A stretch of DNA of 64,000 nt from Candidatus Poribacteria bacterium (GTDB lineage Bacteria > Poribacteria > WGA-4E > WGA-3G): positions 5,189,644-5,253,643 of the forward strand of contig OZ244821.1 in the NCBI GenBank assembly GCA_965220325.1, given 5' to 3'. Within the stretch, counting starts at the first letter, position 1; the number at the start of each line of letters is the position of its first letter. The position numbers and the translations under genes are program-made. Below are positions 9,970-19,396 of this stretch, one piece after another. Below the pieces are notes generated by a model. The model ran no database searches and was not told the origin of the DNA. It worked only from the letters and a program-made list of their open reading frames with translations.

Positions 9970-11971
9970 ACAACATCACGAACTTGCTCACGTTTTTAGT
10001 GAACCGTCTGGGAGGGTGAACGACGCGCGTGCTGGTGGACTCCGCGATGTCAACACACCTTACACTTTTCCAGGTTATACTAAGGCAGAATGGCTCGAAA
10101 AAGCCGATGCCTTACGCCAACAGATTCGTGTCGCTAACGGCTTGATACCGGCACATGAACCGACCCCACTGAAGGCTGAGATCTTCGGAAAGATTGAACG
10201 CGAAGATTACAGCGTGGAAAAGGTCTATTTTGAACCGTTTCCGGGGTTCTTCACAACCGGAAACCTCTACCGTCCACTTGGAAAGCCGGGGCCGTTTCCG
10301 GGGATCGTGAGTCCGCACGGACACTGGAGCCGCGGCAGACTTGAGAATATTGAGCGCGGTTCAATCCCCGGACGTTGTATCAATTTCGCGAAACAAGGGT
10401 ATGTTATTTTTTCCTACGATATGATCGGCTACAATGACAGCGGCAAACAGATTGAGCACCGTTATGGGGGTGCAAGCGAAGGTCTTTGGGGGCTGAGTGC
10501 GATGGGGCTTCAACTCCAGAACGGTATCCGCGCCATCGACTTTTTGCAAAATTTGCCAGACGTAGATGCGGAACGCATCGGCTGTACGGGTGCGTCCGGT
10601 GGCGGGACGCAAACCTTTATCTTGACAGCAGTAGATGAACGCGTTAAGGTTTCCGCGCCGGTCAATATGATCTCTGCGACGATGCAAGGTGGGTGTCTCT
10701 GTGAAAACGCGCCGAACCTCCGTTTGGATGTCAGCAACCTCGAAATCGGTGCGTTGATGGCACCGCGTCCGCTTCTGCTCGTGTCGGCGACTGGAGACTG
10801 GACGGTGAAAACACCGACGGTTGAATATCCGGCTATCCGAAGTATCTATGAACACTTCAACGCAGCGGATAAGGTCCATCAGGTTCAGGTAGATGCCGAG
10901 CATAACTATAACCGGGAGAGTCGTGAAGCGGTATATGCGTGGTTCGCCAAATGGTTTTTAGGGGCAGAGGACGTTTCGGCATTCACGGAGGTTGATTTTC
11001 AGGTTGAGCCGGATGATGCGCTATTGGTATTTTCAGAACGTGAGCTGCCAGCGCATGCCCTGAAGCAGGAAGATTTTCTGCCAGCTTGGATAGCGCGTTC
11101 CGAACAAGCGATCAAAAATCGGAAACCGGCGAACGAAACGGAACTTCAGACGTTCCGTGAAGAGATGAAAAGCGGATTGCAATACGCGCTCGGGTTGCAG
11201 GTTCCAAAGATCACGGATGTAACGCTTGTTGAACCGGAGGGTGCGTTTCCGACGACCTACCAAGCGAACCTGTCTGCAAGACATCTCGTTATCGGCAGAA
11301 AAGGTGTTGGTGATACGATCCCTGCCATCTTGTTTAGTCCAGAGCCACAGGTCGGACACGATCCGGTCGTATTGATCGTTCATCCGGAAGGTAAGGAGAA
11401 GTTGATTGATGCGGAGACGGGTGAACCTTTGAATCTTATTACTGACTTACTCAGTGCTGACCGGAAGGTGTTACTCATCGATGTCTTTGGTGTGGGTGAA
11501 CATCAGGATTACGAGAGACCGGAAGATACGTCCTTTTTCACCACCTACAACCGTACCGCTGCAGCACTCCGGGTGCAAGACCTTGTAACGGCACTACATT
11601 GCTTCACAGGCAGAGGCGATGTCTCGGAAGTGAATCTGGTTGGGATCGGTGAGGCGGGGTTGTGGGGTCTACTTGCGGCTGGATTTACCGATGTCAAGAA
11701 TGTTGTTATAGATACGGATGGATTTGATACCAGCAGCGACGATGCATTTTTAAAGACTTTGCCGATACCGAGTATCCGTCGAGTTGGCGATTTTCGGACC
11801 GCTGGAACACTCGTTGCCCCAAGCAACTTAATTCTCCACAATACGGGTAACGCCTTTGAGACGGCATGGATTCGCGAGGTGTATAGAAACATCGGTGCAA
11901 GCGACAAGCTGCTGGTAGCGGAAGATCGGTTGTCTGATGAAGAGATCGTTGCGGGGGTAACGGCGGTGTAA
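9962..11971 (+). CDS. acetylxylan esterase-like double alpha/beta hydrolase
   Basis: SPHGH, YDMIGY, nucleophile motif GCTGASGGGTQT, HNYN; second degenerate hydrolase half. Confidence 0.8.
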   Translation: MAEQHHELAHVFSEPSGRVNDARAGGLRDVNTPYTFPGYTKAEWLEKADALRQQIRVANGLIPAHEPTPLKAEIFGKIEREDYSVEKVYFEPFPGFFTTGNLYRPLGKPGPFPGIVSPHGHWSRGRLENIERGSIPGRCINFAKQGYVIFSYDMIGYNDSGKQIEHRYGGASEGLWGLSAMGLQLQNGIRAIDFLQNLPDVDAERIGCTGASGGGTQTFILTAVDERVKVSAPVNMISATMQGGCLCENAPNLRLDVSNLEIGALMAPRPLLLVSATGDWTVKTPTVEYPAIRSIYEHFNAADKVHQVQVDAEHNYNRESREAVYAWFAKWFLGAEDVSAFTEVDFQVEPDDALLVFSERELPAHALKQEDFLPAWIARSEQAIKNRKPANETELQTFREEMKSGLQYALGLQVPKITDVTLVEPEGAFPTTYQANLSARHLVIGRKGVGDTIPAILFSPEPQVGHDPVVLIVHPEGKEKLIDAETGEPLNLITDLLSADRKVLLIDVFGVGEHQDYERPEDTSFFTTYNRTAAALRVQDLVTALHCFTGRGDVSEVNLVGIGEAGLWGLLAAGFTDVKNVVIDTDGFDTSSDDAFLKTLPIPSIRRVGDFRTAGTLVAPSNLILHNTGNAFETAWIREVYRNIGASDKLLVAEDRLSDEEIVAGVTAV

Positions 11972-11977
11972 GCAAAG

Positions 11978-12053
11978 GGTAGAAGAATGGAAGAATGGAA
12001 GGGTGGAAGGATGGAAGGATGGAAGGATGGAGCCAGCTCCGCTTCCAACCTTC
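11978..12053. repeat. octamer (GGAAGRAT-like) tandem repeat with short inverted arm
   Basis: ggaagaatggaagggtggaaggatggaaggatggaaggatgg ... cttccaaccttcc. Confidence 0.7.
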
Positions 12054-12112
12054 CTATGGGAAACATCCAAGCAAAAACACCAATATCTGTTAGTAGCAAC
12101 TTGGGTTATAAA

Positions 12113-12150
12113 ATATAGGGCGGATCCGATTGAGGGTCCGCCCTATATTT
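12113..12150. terminator. probable bidirectional terminator between convergent genes
   Basis: atatagggcggatc-cgattgag-ggtccgccctatat hairpin followed by a T run. Confidence 0.6.
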
Positions 12151-12199
12151 TTCCATACACGATTGTTGTACCATCGTGCTGAATCGGAAAATGGATTGC

Positions 12200-13573
12200 C
12201 TATGAAAGGTTGTATCCACGTTCGTTGTGTTGTGAGAGGTCGAGTCCCATCCGTTCCTCATCCTCTTCGACGCGTAAGCCGACTGTGGCATCAACGATTT
12301 TGAGAATGATAAACGAGAGTACGCCACTCCAAAGAAGTGTAATGACGATGCTAAGGAACTGAGCCCAGACCTGCGTGCCGATTGTCATACCTTCAGCTAA
12401 CCCGCTACCGCCTAACCCTTCAGCGACAAAAACGCCAGTCAATAGGGCGCCAACGATTCCACCAATGCCGTGAACGCCGAATGCGTCAAGTGAATCGTCA
12501 TAACCGAGTTTTGACTTCAGACTGGTTGCGCCCCAGTAGCAGACGACCCCAGAAACAGCACCGATAACGAGTGCGCCGATAGGACCGACGGAACCGGAAG
12601 CAGGTGTGATAGCGACCAATCCAGCGACGGCACCTGTCACAATCCCTAAAGCGCTCGGTTTACGGTGTACTGCCCATTCAACAAACATCCATGTAATCGC
12701 GGCGGTGGCAGTTGAAATCTGCGTAACGAGCATTGCCATCCCGGCGGTTCCATCGGCGGCAACGGCACTACCGGCGTTGAAACCGAACCAGCCTACCCAG
12801 AGCATTGAAGCACCGACGACGGTGAGGGTCAAACTATGGGGTGGCATAGCCGAAGTTCCGTATCCGATCCGTTTTCCGACCAAGATAGCAGCGACGAGTG
12901 CCGCGATTCCTGCGTTGATATGCACAACGTTTCCGCCTGCGAAGTCGAGTGCGCCGATAATATCACCAAATAGGGAACCGTCGCCCGACCATGCCATGTG
13001 GCAGAGCGGTGCGTATACAATTACCGACCATAGGACAGAAAAGATTAACATCGCCGAGAATTTCATCCGTTCAGCGAATGCCCCGGCGATCAATGCCGGT
13101 GTGATAATCGCGAACGTCATCTGGAAGGTAATAAAAACGGTTTCGGGGATATCTCCAGTTAGCGAGTCTACACCGACACCGCGTAGGAACATGGTCCCCA
13201 GTCCACCGACAAAGGAGCCGAGTGTGATTTTCCCCGCCTCCATACCGGCGGTATTAAAAGCGAGGCTATAACCACAGATGACCCACAAGATCGTCATCAA
13301 CCCTGTCAATGCGAAACATTGCATGAGGACAGAGAGTACATTTTGGACGCGTACGAGTCCACCGTAAAAGAGTGCAAGCCCGGGGATCGTCATAAAGAGC
13401 ACGAGAGCCGTTGAGGTGAGCATCCAGGCGGTATTACCGGAATCAGGGGCTGCTGCATCTTGAGCCATTGCCAAACTCGGGACACCGCAGATCAATAGAA
13501 CCACAATTAGCGTTCCAATTCGTGTGTAAGCAGTTCGCTTTCCTGCTAATAGTGATGCACATCGTTGTTGCAT
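12200..13573 (-). CDS. amtB: ammonium transporter
   Basis: DFAGGNVVHINAG, WFGFNAGS, GLVAITP, YDDSLDAFGVHG; start at MQQR after GGAGG. Confidence 0.95.
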   Translation of the reverse strand: MQQRCASLLAGKRTAYTRIGTLIVVLLICGVPSLAMAQDAAAPDSGNTAWMLTSTALVLFMTIPGLALFYGGLVRVQNVLSVLMQCFALTGLMTILWVICGYSLAFNTAGMEAGKITLGSFVGGLGTMFLRGVGVDSLTGDIPETVFITFQMTFAIITPALIAGAFAERMKFSAMLIFSVLWSVIVYAPLCHMAWSGDGSLFGDIIGALDFAGGNVVHINAGIAALVAAILVGKRIGYGTSAMPPHSLTLTVVGASMLWVGWFGFNAGSAVAADGTAGMAMLVTQISTATAAITWMFVEWAVHRKPSALGIVTGAVAGLVAITPASGSVGPIGALVIGAVSGVVCYWGATSLKSKLGYDDSLDAFGVHGIGGIVGALLTGVFVAEGLGGSGLAEGMTIGTQVWAQFLSIVITLLWSGVLSFIILKIVDATVGLRVEEDEERMGLDLSQHNERGYNLS

Positions 13574-13809
13574 CGGAATCCTCCATAATATTGACAAGCA
13601 GATATTGCTTGCTTTGTTGTTTCTGTAAGGACAGACAACTTTGTCTGCCTCTCAATTTAACAGGACATCAGTATTGTATCAAACGTTAATTTCATGTAGC
13701 AAAAAGGGGAACACCCACAAGACCGGAAGTAAAACCCAGGGATATAAGTGAAACTTCCTGTGGGTGGTCCCTATTAGATGTGTAGCGCAAAGGCTACTGG
13801 ACAAATACG

Positions 13810-15207
13810 TTACCGCATCGCGGAGACGTTAAAGTCGGGATAAGCATTCGCCCCGTGTTCCTCATAATCGAGTCCTGCCTGTTCTTCTTCTTCTGTGACC
13901 CGTAAACCTGTAGCTGCTTTGATGGCGTAGAAGAGGATGAACCCGGTAACGAGACACCACGCGAGAACAGCAAGGACACCGACGATCTGTGCTCCGAGAA
14001 GTTTGAACCCTCCACCGTAGAAAAGACCGCTTGAACTATCAAAGAATCCGAGGAGGATTGTCCCTAATGCGCCACACGTACCGTGAACGGAGATGGCACC
14101 GACTGGATCATCAATACGCAGTCTCTCAAAGAGTAGCACACTGAGAACGACGACAATACCGCCGAGTGCGCCGATAATTGCGGCATTTCTTGGGTCCACG
14201 GATGCACAACCGGCAGTAATTGCGACCAGCCCGGCGAGTGCACCGTTGAGAGCCATACCTGCATCGGGTTTACCGAGCATTATCCATGCGGTAATCATTG
14301 CGGTGATAGCACCGGCAGCGGCGGCGAGATTCGTGGTGACAGCGATACTGGAAATTATTGCGGCATCTGCTCCCATCTGGCTACCGGGGTTGAATCCGAA
14401 CCAACCGAGCCACAAAATAAAGACACCGAGCGCAGCAAGCGGAAGATTGTGTCCAGCAATCGGTCTCGGTTTCCCTTCACTATCATATTTGCCGAGACGT
14501 GGACCTAAGACGACAGCACCTGTTAATGCAAGCCAGCCGCCGGTTGAGTGGACGACAGTTGAACCTGCAAAATCGGACATCCCCAGGCTATACAACCAAC
14601 CGCCACCCCAAATCCAGTGCCCAACCACCGGATAGATGATACCGGTGATGAAGACGCTATAGATGAGATAACTTTTAAACTGTGTGCGTTCTGCCATTGC
14701 TCCGGAGACGATAGTTGCAGCGGTGGCAGCGAATACGAGTTGGAAGAGCCACGCGGCGTGTGTCGGCACGGAACTCCATTCTAATGAACTAAATACGCCA
14801 GAATCAGTGGGTACGAACCATCCGCTTGTTCCCATAAACGCGTTACCGGCACCGAACATAATACCGAAACCGATCGCCCAGTATGCGATAGAACCCATTG
14901 AAAAATCCATCAGGTTTTTCATGAGAATGTTCACAGCGTTCTTGGCGCGGGTAAATCCGGACTCGACCATAGCGAACCCTGCCTGCATAAAGAATACGAG
15001 AAATGCTGCGACAAGTACCCACAGTGTGTCCGCCATATATTTCTCATTGGAAACCTTAACCATCTCTGCCTCGTAAGCCGTACCCTCGTAAACTTTTACC
15101 TTTTCACCTTCAGCGTCCAGGTCGTCAACATTCTGGTTTAAGGCGAAAACGTTCAGACTCAGGAAACATGTGAGGATAAAAGCAAATATGATAACCTTTT
15201 TCTTCAT
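13810..15207 (-). CDS. amt: ammonium transporter (second, divergent Amt)
   Basis: FFMQAGFAMVESG, IVSGAMAER, DFAGSTVVH, WFGFNPGS, IDDPVGAISVHG. Confidence 0.95.
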   Translation of the reverse strand: MKKKVIIFAFILTCFLSLNVFALNQNVDDLDAEGEKVKVYEGTAYEAEMVKVSNEKYMADTLWVLVAAFLVFFMQAGFAMVESGFTRAKNAVNILMKNLMDFSMGSIAYWAIGFGIMFGAGNAFMGTSGWFVPTDSGVFSSLEWSSVPTHAAWLFQLVFAATAATIVSGAMAERTQFKSYLIYSVFITGIIYPVVGHWIWGGGWLYSLGMSDFAGSTVVHSTGGWLALTGAVVLGPRLGKYDSEGKPRPIAGHNLPLAALGVFILWLGWFGFNPGSQMGADAAIISSIAVTTNLAAAAGAITAMITAWIMLGKPDAGMALNGALAGLVAITAGCASVDPRNAAIIGALGGIVVVLSVLLFERLRIDDPVGAISVHGTCGALGTILLGFFDSSSGLFYGGGFKLLGAQIVGVLAVLAWCLVTGFILFYAIKAATGLRVTEEEEQAGLDYEEHGANAYPDFNVSAMR

Positions 15208-15323
15208 TTTTCAGAATCTCTCCTTGCGTCAATTCATCCTAAAAACTCGGGGTGTTCATCGCGAACCGCAAAATTGTTGTGTTGCCTGCGATTCGCGATA
15301 ATAGCGATCTATTCCGTATTTTC

Positions 15324-16049
15324 CTACCACGTGCGGACGAACGTCATTCTGCCGGTAATTCCGGTTTCCTCATCACCTTTTTGGGTTTCAAACCCAACAA
15401 AGACCCCGAGTGTATTATTTTCCCCATAACCGACATTCGCTCGACCACCAACAACCATACTTCCAAGACCACCATCATCTCCCAAGTCAAGCGTCACTTC
15501 CACTTGGGGACCAACAGCGAGCGTATCGTTGAGCGACAGGAGTACAAAATTACGAGTGTAGAACGAATCACCGGCTTCTTCATCAAACATAGAATTGAAG
15601 AACCCTTGTATCCACGATTCAAAATAGATGGAACCCGCGGTGAGATAGGTAAACAGTTGCGGTGCGATCAAGGAAGAGGGGCCGTTCGCCGCAGCATAAT
15701 CAAAACCGATACCTACCATCGGGAGGAAACTGAGAGACAGTGAATCGCTATCAACGACCGGAATGCCCAGCCCAATATCCAATTCACCAAATGTATCAAC
15801 AACGTAAATATCGGTATCTAATGAGAGACTACCAAGGAAACTTGGAGAGTGGCTGGCACCAACCCAGATCTGTGTTCCTAAACTATCGGTATCGGTACGG
15901 AACCACCCAGAAACACCTGATGCTTCTTCTTCCGCCATCTCTTCTTCACCCATTTCATGGGCATCTGCGTAAACCATCGGAACACTACCGACTGCGAAAA
16001 TACACGCGACGACTAACAGACGAACTAACCAAGCAGTATACGTTTTCAT
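15324..16049 (-). CDS. putative outer-membrane beta-barrel protein
   Basis: Signal peptide, alternating hydrophobic strands, C-terminal aromatic (RMTFVRTW); paralog at 27483-28211. Confidence 0.6.
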   Translation of the reverse strand: MKTYTAWLVRLLVVACIFAVGSVPMVYADAHEMGEEEMAEEEASGVSGWFRTDTDSLGTQIWVGASHSPSFLGSLSLDTDIYVVDTFGELDIGLGIPVVDSDSLSLSFLPMVGIGFDYAAANGPSSLIAPQLFTYLTAGSIYFESWIQGFFNSMFDEEAGDSFYTRNFVLLSLNDTLAVGPQVEVTLDLGDDGGLGSMVVGGRANVGYGENNTLGVFVGFETQKGDEETGITGRMTFVRTW

Positions 16050-16258
16050 TTAAATAAATTCTCCTTTATGTGCATCCAAAATGCACGGACAGACTGTGTA
16101 AATTTGAGCGACATACATTTACGGTATAACGATGCGACTCCAAAATTTCAATCGAGAAATAGGTCGCTTGACTCTTGTGTCAACTTGTGATATAGTGGTT
16201 CTCACCTGCAAAAACGGCAGGTTTCACGAGTACCCACTATGCATCTATTTCGGTTTAA

Positions 16259-16275
16259 AGCAAGACGCGTGCCAA
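16259..16275 (-). promoter_or_regulatory. sigma-54 (-24/-12) promoter of the barrel-amt-amtB operon
   Basis: Minus strand TTGGCACGCGTCTTGCT = TGGCACG-N4-TTGCW with correct 10-nt GG-GC spacing. Confidence 0.8.
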
Positions 16276-16426
16276 TTAACAGTTTGCCTCACAGTAAGAG
16301 CTGTTAGACCCTTCGCTTTACTTATTTTCAGTTGTCAGTAATGTAAGCATTACAAGGGTTTAACCGATAATAGATGACAGATAACGCTCGTCGTGAGGTA
16401 AACTCTTAAAATGGATAACTCTCACT

Positions 16427-17854
16427 GTGAGGCAACCTCAAAAAAAGATGCTGAAATTTTCAACAGAAGATTGCCCAAAAAAGATGCATATCGTGCTTCT
16501 GAGCGTTATTGTGACGTTTGGTGCTGTCCTCCGTTTTTGGAACTTAGGAGATTGGAGTTTTTGGATTGACGAGGCGTTCACAGTCCGAGATGCCCAAAAC
16601 TTGTCGTTCAACAGCTTGCAATCTATTCCGAATCCGATTCCGTACCTTGTAGTGAAGTTATCAATCCTCATCGGTGGTAATAGCGAATGGGGGAGCCGTC
16701 TGATTCCGTGTATCGTGGGGATTATCTCAATTCCGGCTGTTTTCGGATTAGGACGGACACTGTATAATTGGCGTGTTGGACTTTTTAGCAGTGCGTTTGT
16801 GGCGTGCGCCAGCTGGCATCTGTTTTGGGCACAGAACGCTCGTTATCCGGTCTTTACCTTTCTGTTTGCGGTCTTGACGGCGTGGTGCTTCTATCTGTCT
16901 CTGGAGCGCGATTCGACGCTTCTGATGATAGGTGCTCTCGCTTGCTGCCTGTGTCTAATTCTCTCGCATACGCTCTCGGTTGTCATCGTTCCGGCGTTAG
17001 CGGTTTATGCTGTCATCTGCCTCATAGAAAAATCGGATCGGAAGCGATGGCTAAATCTGCTTATCTTTTTTATTCCGTTTGCGATACCGGTGTTCGCCTT
17101 GGCGTTTTCAGAGGTTCGCGGTTATCTTTTCGCTGGCTGGGGACGCAACGAATGGCAGCGGAGTCCGCTCTATATTGTCTTAACACTTGTGCAAGGCGTG
17201 AGTGTTCCAGTAGCCGTAACCGCTTTTTTCGGTGCCGCTTCGACCGCATTTAATAGGTCAACGCGTTTTTTAGTCTGTTATGCGGGTGTGCCGTTAGTCC
17301 TCTTTCTTATCGCCTCGCAGCTTCAAAATGTCGCTGGCTATTATCTGTTCTGGACGACGGCAGCCTATTTCGTTCTCGCGGGTGTTACGTGTGAACAGGT
17401 ATGGAAGATGGTAGAGGGTAAGACCGCCAGAATGCTCGGTATACTTGTACCTTGTGTGTTAGTGGGGACGCTGCTCTCACAGGATTACCTCTACTTCAAG
17501 ATAGAAAACGGTGGGCGACCGAAGTGGCGGGAGGCGTTTGGAGCCATCCGGACAGAGATGCGTCCCACTGATAAAGTGGTGCTTTCGGAACCTGAGATGG
17601 GTAAATATTATCTTCCAGAATTGACCTCTGTTTACATCGGTGGGCTATTAGACAATCCGGAAGCGTTTGAAAAAGCGTGGGAAGATTCAGGGAGAGATCG
17701 TTTATGGTTCGTCGTTGATGTTGCGAGTTTTAATGTCTTCGATGCAAATGAAAACGTCCGCAGTTGGATTCGCCAACGCGGACATATTGCTAAAACGTTC
17801 CCTGCGTTCTCGCGAGCGAAAGACAGAACAATTCATATTTATCTGTTGGAATAG
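16427..17854 (+). CDS. GT-C fold membrane glycosyltransferase (GT39/PMT-like)
   Basis: SFWIDEAFT, EWGSRL, WAQNARY, multiple TM helices. Confidence 0.75.
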   Translation: MRQPQKKMLKFSTEDCPKKMHIVLLSVIVTFGAVLRFWNLGDWSFWIDEAFTVRDAQNLSFNSLQSIPNPIPYLVVKLSILIGGNSEWGSRLIPCIVGIISIPAVFGLGRTLYNWRVGLFSSAFVACASWHLFWAQNARYPVFTFLFAVLTAWCFYLSLERDSTLLMIGALACCLCLILSHTLSVVIVPALAVYAVICLIEKSDRKRWLNLLIFFIPFAIPVFALAFSEVRGYLFAGWGRNEWQRSPLYIVLTLVQGVSVPVAVTAFFGAASTAFNRSTRFLVCYAGVPLVLFLIASQLQNVAGYYLFWTTAAYFVLAGVTCEQVWKMVEGKTARMLGILVPCVLVGTLLSQDYLYFKIENGGRPKWREAFGAIRTEMRPTDKVVLSEPEMGKYYLPELTSVYIGGLLDNPEAFEKAWEDSGRDRLWFVVDVASFNVFDANENVRSWIRQRGHIAKTFPAFSRAKDRTIHIYLLE

Positions 17855-17990
17855 ATCAACATTGTAACAATACTAATGGAAGATGGCATACGAATCTTAT
17901 ACCTGCTTTTATGGAGAAAAGTCAAGGTTTTTTGTCACTTTTCATTTACCCCCATTTTCCTTTTAACGGTTGCGTTGAAAGAACTAAGAG

Positions 17991-18182
17991 TCACTTGCCA
18001 TAGACAACGACAGTATACGTCACAAATATACCCAAAAGGCCCTTGATCTCAGAATCCACAAAATAAATCTCCGATATACCACCGTCAACAACCGCAGCCC
18101 TAATGCTCGCATCGCCAGCGGCAATCAAACCAAAAATAGAAGTAGAGCTGCTGCTACCAATCTTTAGGCGATAGATATCAAA
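17991..18182 (-). pseudogene. 5'-truncated TRL-like family gene fragment
   Basis: Startless open frame ...STSIFGLIAAGDASIRAAVVDGGISEIYFVDSEIKGLLGIFVTYTVVVYGK*; in-frame stop just upstream. Confidence 0.6.
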
Positions 18183-18196
18183 TCAGAGTAGAGTTT

Positions 18197-18613
18197 TCAC
18201 CTGAGTAAATTCCTCGTTGCAACAAGTTTCCAACCTGTATCTGTTTTGCGATAAGCAACACGGAGCAATACGTCTGTACCGCCCATAAACCTTATCTCAA
18301 TCCGATACTCTACAATATACCGATATGTTTTCGTCTCTCGTATCGTAAACATATTGAAATATTCCATACTGGAAATATCAATCCACTTAGTCATACCACG
18401 TGTTGTATACACACGTCTTCCAATCAAATCCGACTGAATTTCTTCAGCATTGGGTATCTTCTCATGGATAACTCCATCAATCACCCGTTTTTCGGTGTCT
18501 TGTGCGGATGCATTTTGTGGATTGAAACCAGTGAAGTACGGAAGTAGGAAGCAGCTTGCTAATGTGAATAGACATCCGATTGTTATATATGCCAATTTCT
18601 GTTTGAAATTCAT
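18197..18613 (-). CDS. hypothetical exported protein
   Basis: 138-aa ORF, MNFKQKLAYITIGCLFTL signal-like N-terminus; GGAG RBS. Confidence 0.65.
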   Translation of the reverse strand: MNFKQKLAYITIGCLFTLASCFLLPYFTGFNPQNASAQDTEKRVIDGVIHEKIPNAEEIQSDLIGRRVYTTRGMTKWIDISSMEYFNMFTIRETKTYRYIVEYRIEIRFMGGTDVLLRVAYRKTDTGWKLVATRNLLR

Positions 18614-18664
18614 TTTATATCTCCTCTATAAAGCGTTCGTTGGTTGAACTTATATGAATCGTCG

Positions 18665-19264
18665 TTAATATAACCAAAGACTGATACTGAGCGTGATTAT
18701 AACGTCGGTTCGTTCTCCGATACGATAATCCAGCGTGTAAGGGTACCATGGTATGCCTGTAGGAGCCTCCACGTAGTATCCAATATCCCTTCTAAATAAA
18801 GACAGGGATGCGTCAAGGGAGAACCAACGATGGATGGGTATTCCACCGCCGATACCGACCCCATTTCCATCTACACCAGCCTCCGCGAAATATCCGATAA
18901 AAGTTTTAAATTCGGCATAGAGGTATGGGGTCAAATCTCTATCTCCAGAGAATAATACGACACCTACATTCCCGATACTATCCTCCCAAGATTCCACAGA
19001 ACCCCAAGTCCCTAAATAGACACCAATGGAGTTGCTCAAGAAGTATCCGAGTTTTCCACTGACGCCTCCGGTTATATCAGTAATCGCATCTATGTCCGGA
19101 TGTGGGTTCTCTACTGTGTGGAATCCGGTAATACCGCCGTTGCTTTCGAGAAAAAAGCCGCTGCGTTCACGATCAGTAAAAGATTCTAAAGTTAAGGCTT
19201 CGCCCCTAATGGAAAGTGCAAAAATAGCGAGTAGTGTTATGACACAATATAATTTTGTTTTCAT
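18665..19264 (-). CDS. putative small outer-membrane beta-barrel protein
   Basis: Signal peptide, amphipathic strands, ends SISLWLY. Confidence 0.55.
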   Translation of the reverse strand: MKTKLYCVITLLAIFALSIRGEALTLESFTDRERSGFFLESNGGITGFHTVENPHPDIDAITDITGGVSGKLGYFLSNSIGVYLGTWGSVESWEDSIGNVGVVLFSGDRDLTPYLYAEFKTFIGYFAEAGVDGNGVGIGGGIPIHRWFSLDASLSLFRRDIGYYVEAPTGIPWYPYTLDYRIGERTDVIITLSISLWLY

Positions 19265-19396
19265 AAAATCTCTCTTTTGTAAGCAGTGTTACGTTATATT
19301 TGTTTTCTCCTAACAAAAAAGTGAAGTTAGATCGGTTTACCCCTTCAATAAACAGTAAAGATTTAAGGAGACACATCCCGAATGCAACAAAAACGG

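Noticed and set aside
16070-16086. GTGCAT-N5-ATGCAC as an NtrC site
   Set aside because: Spacing is shorter than the NtrC consensus and it lies downstream of the promoter
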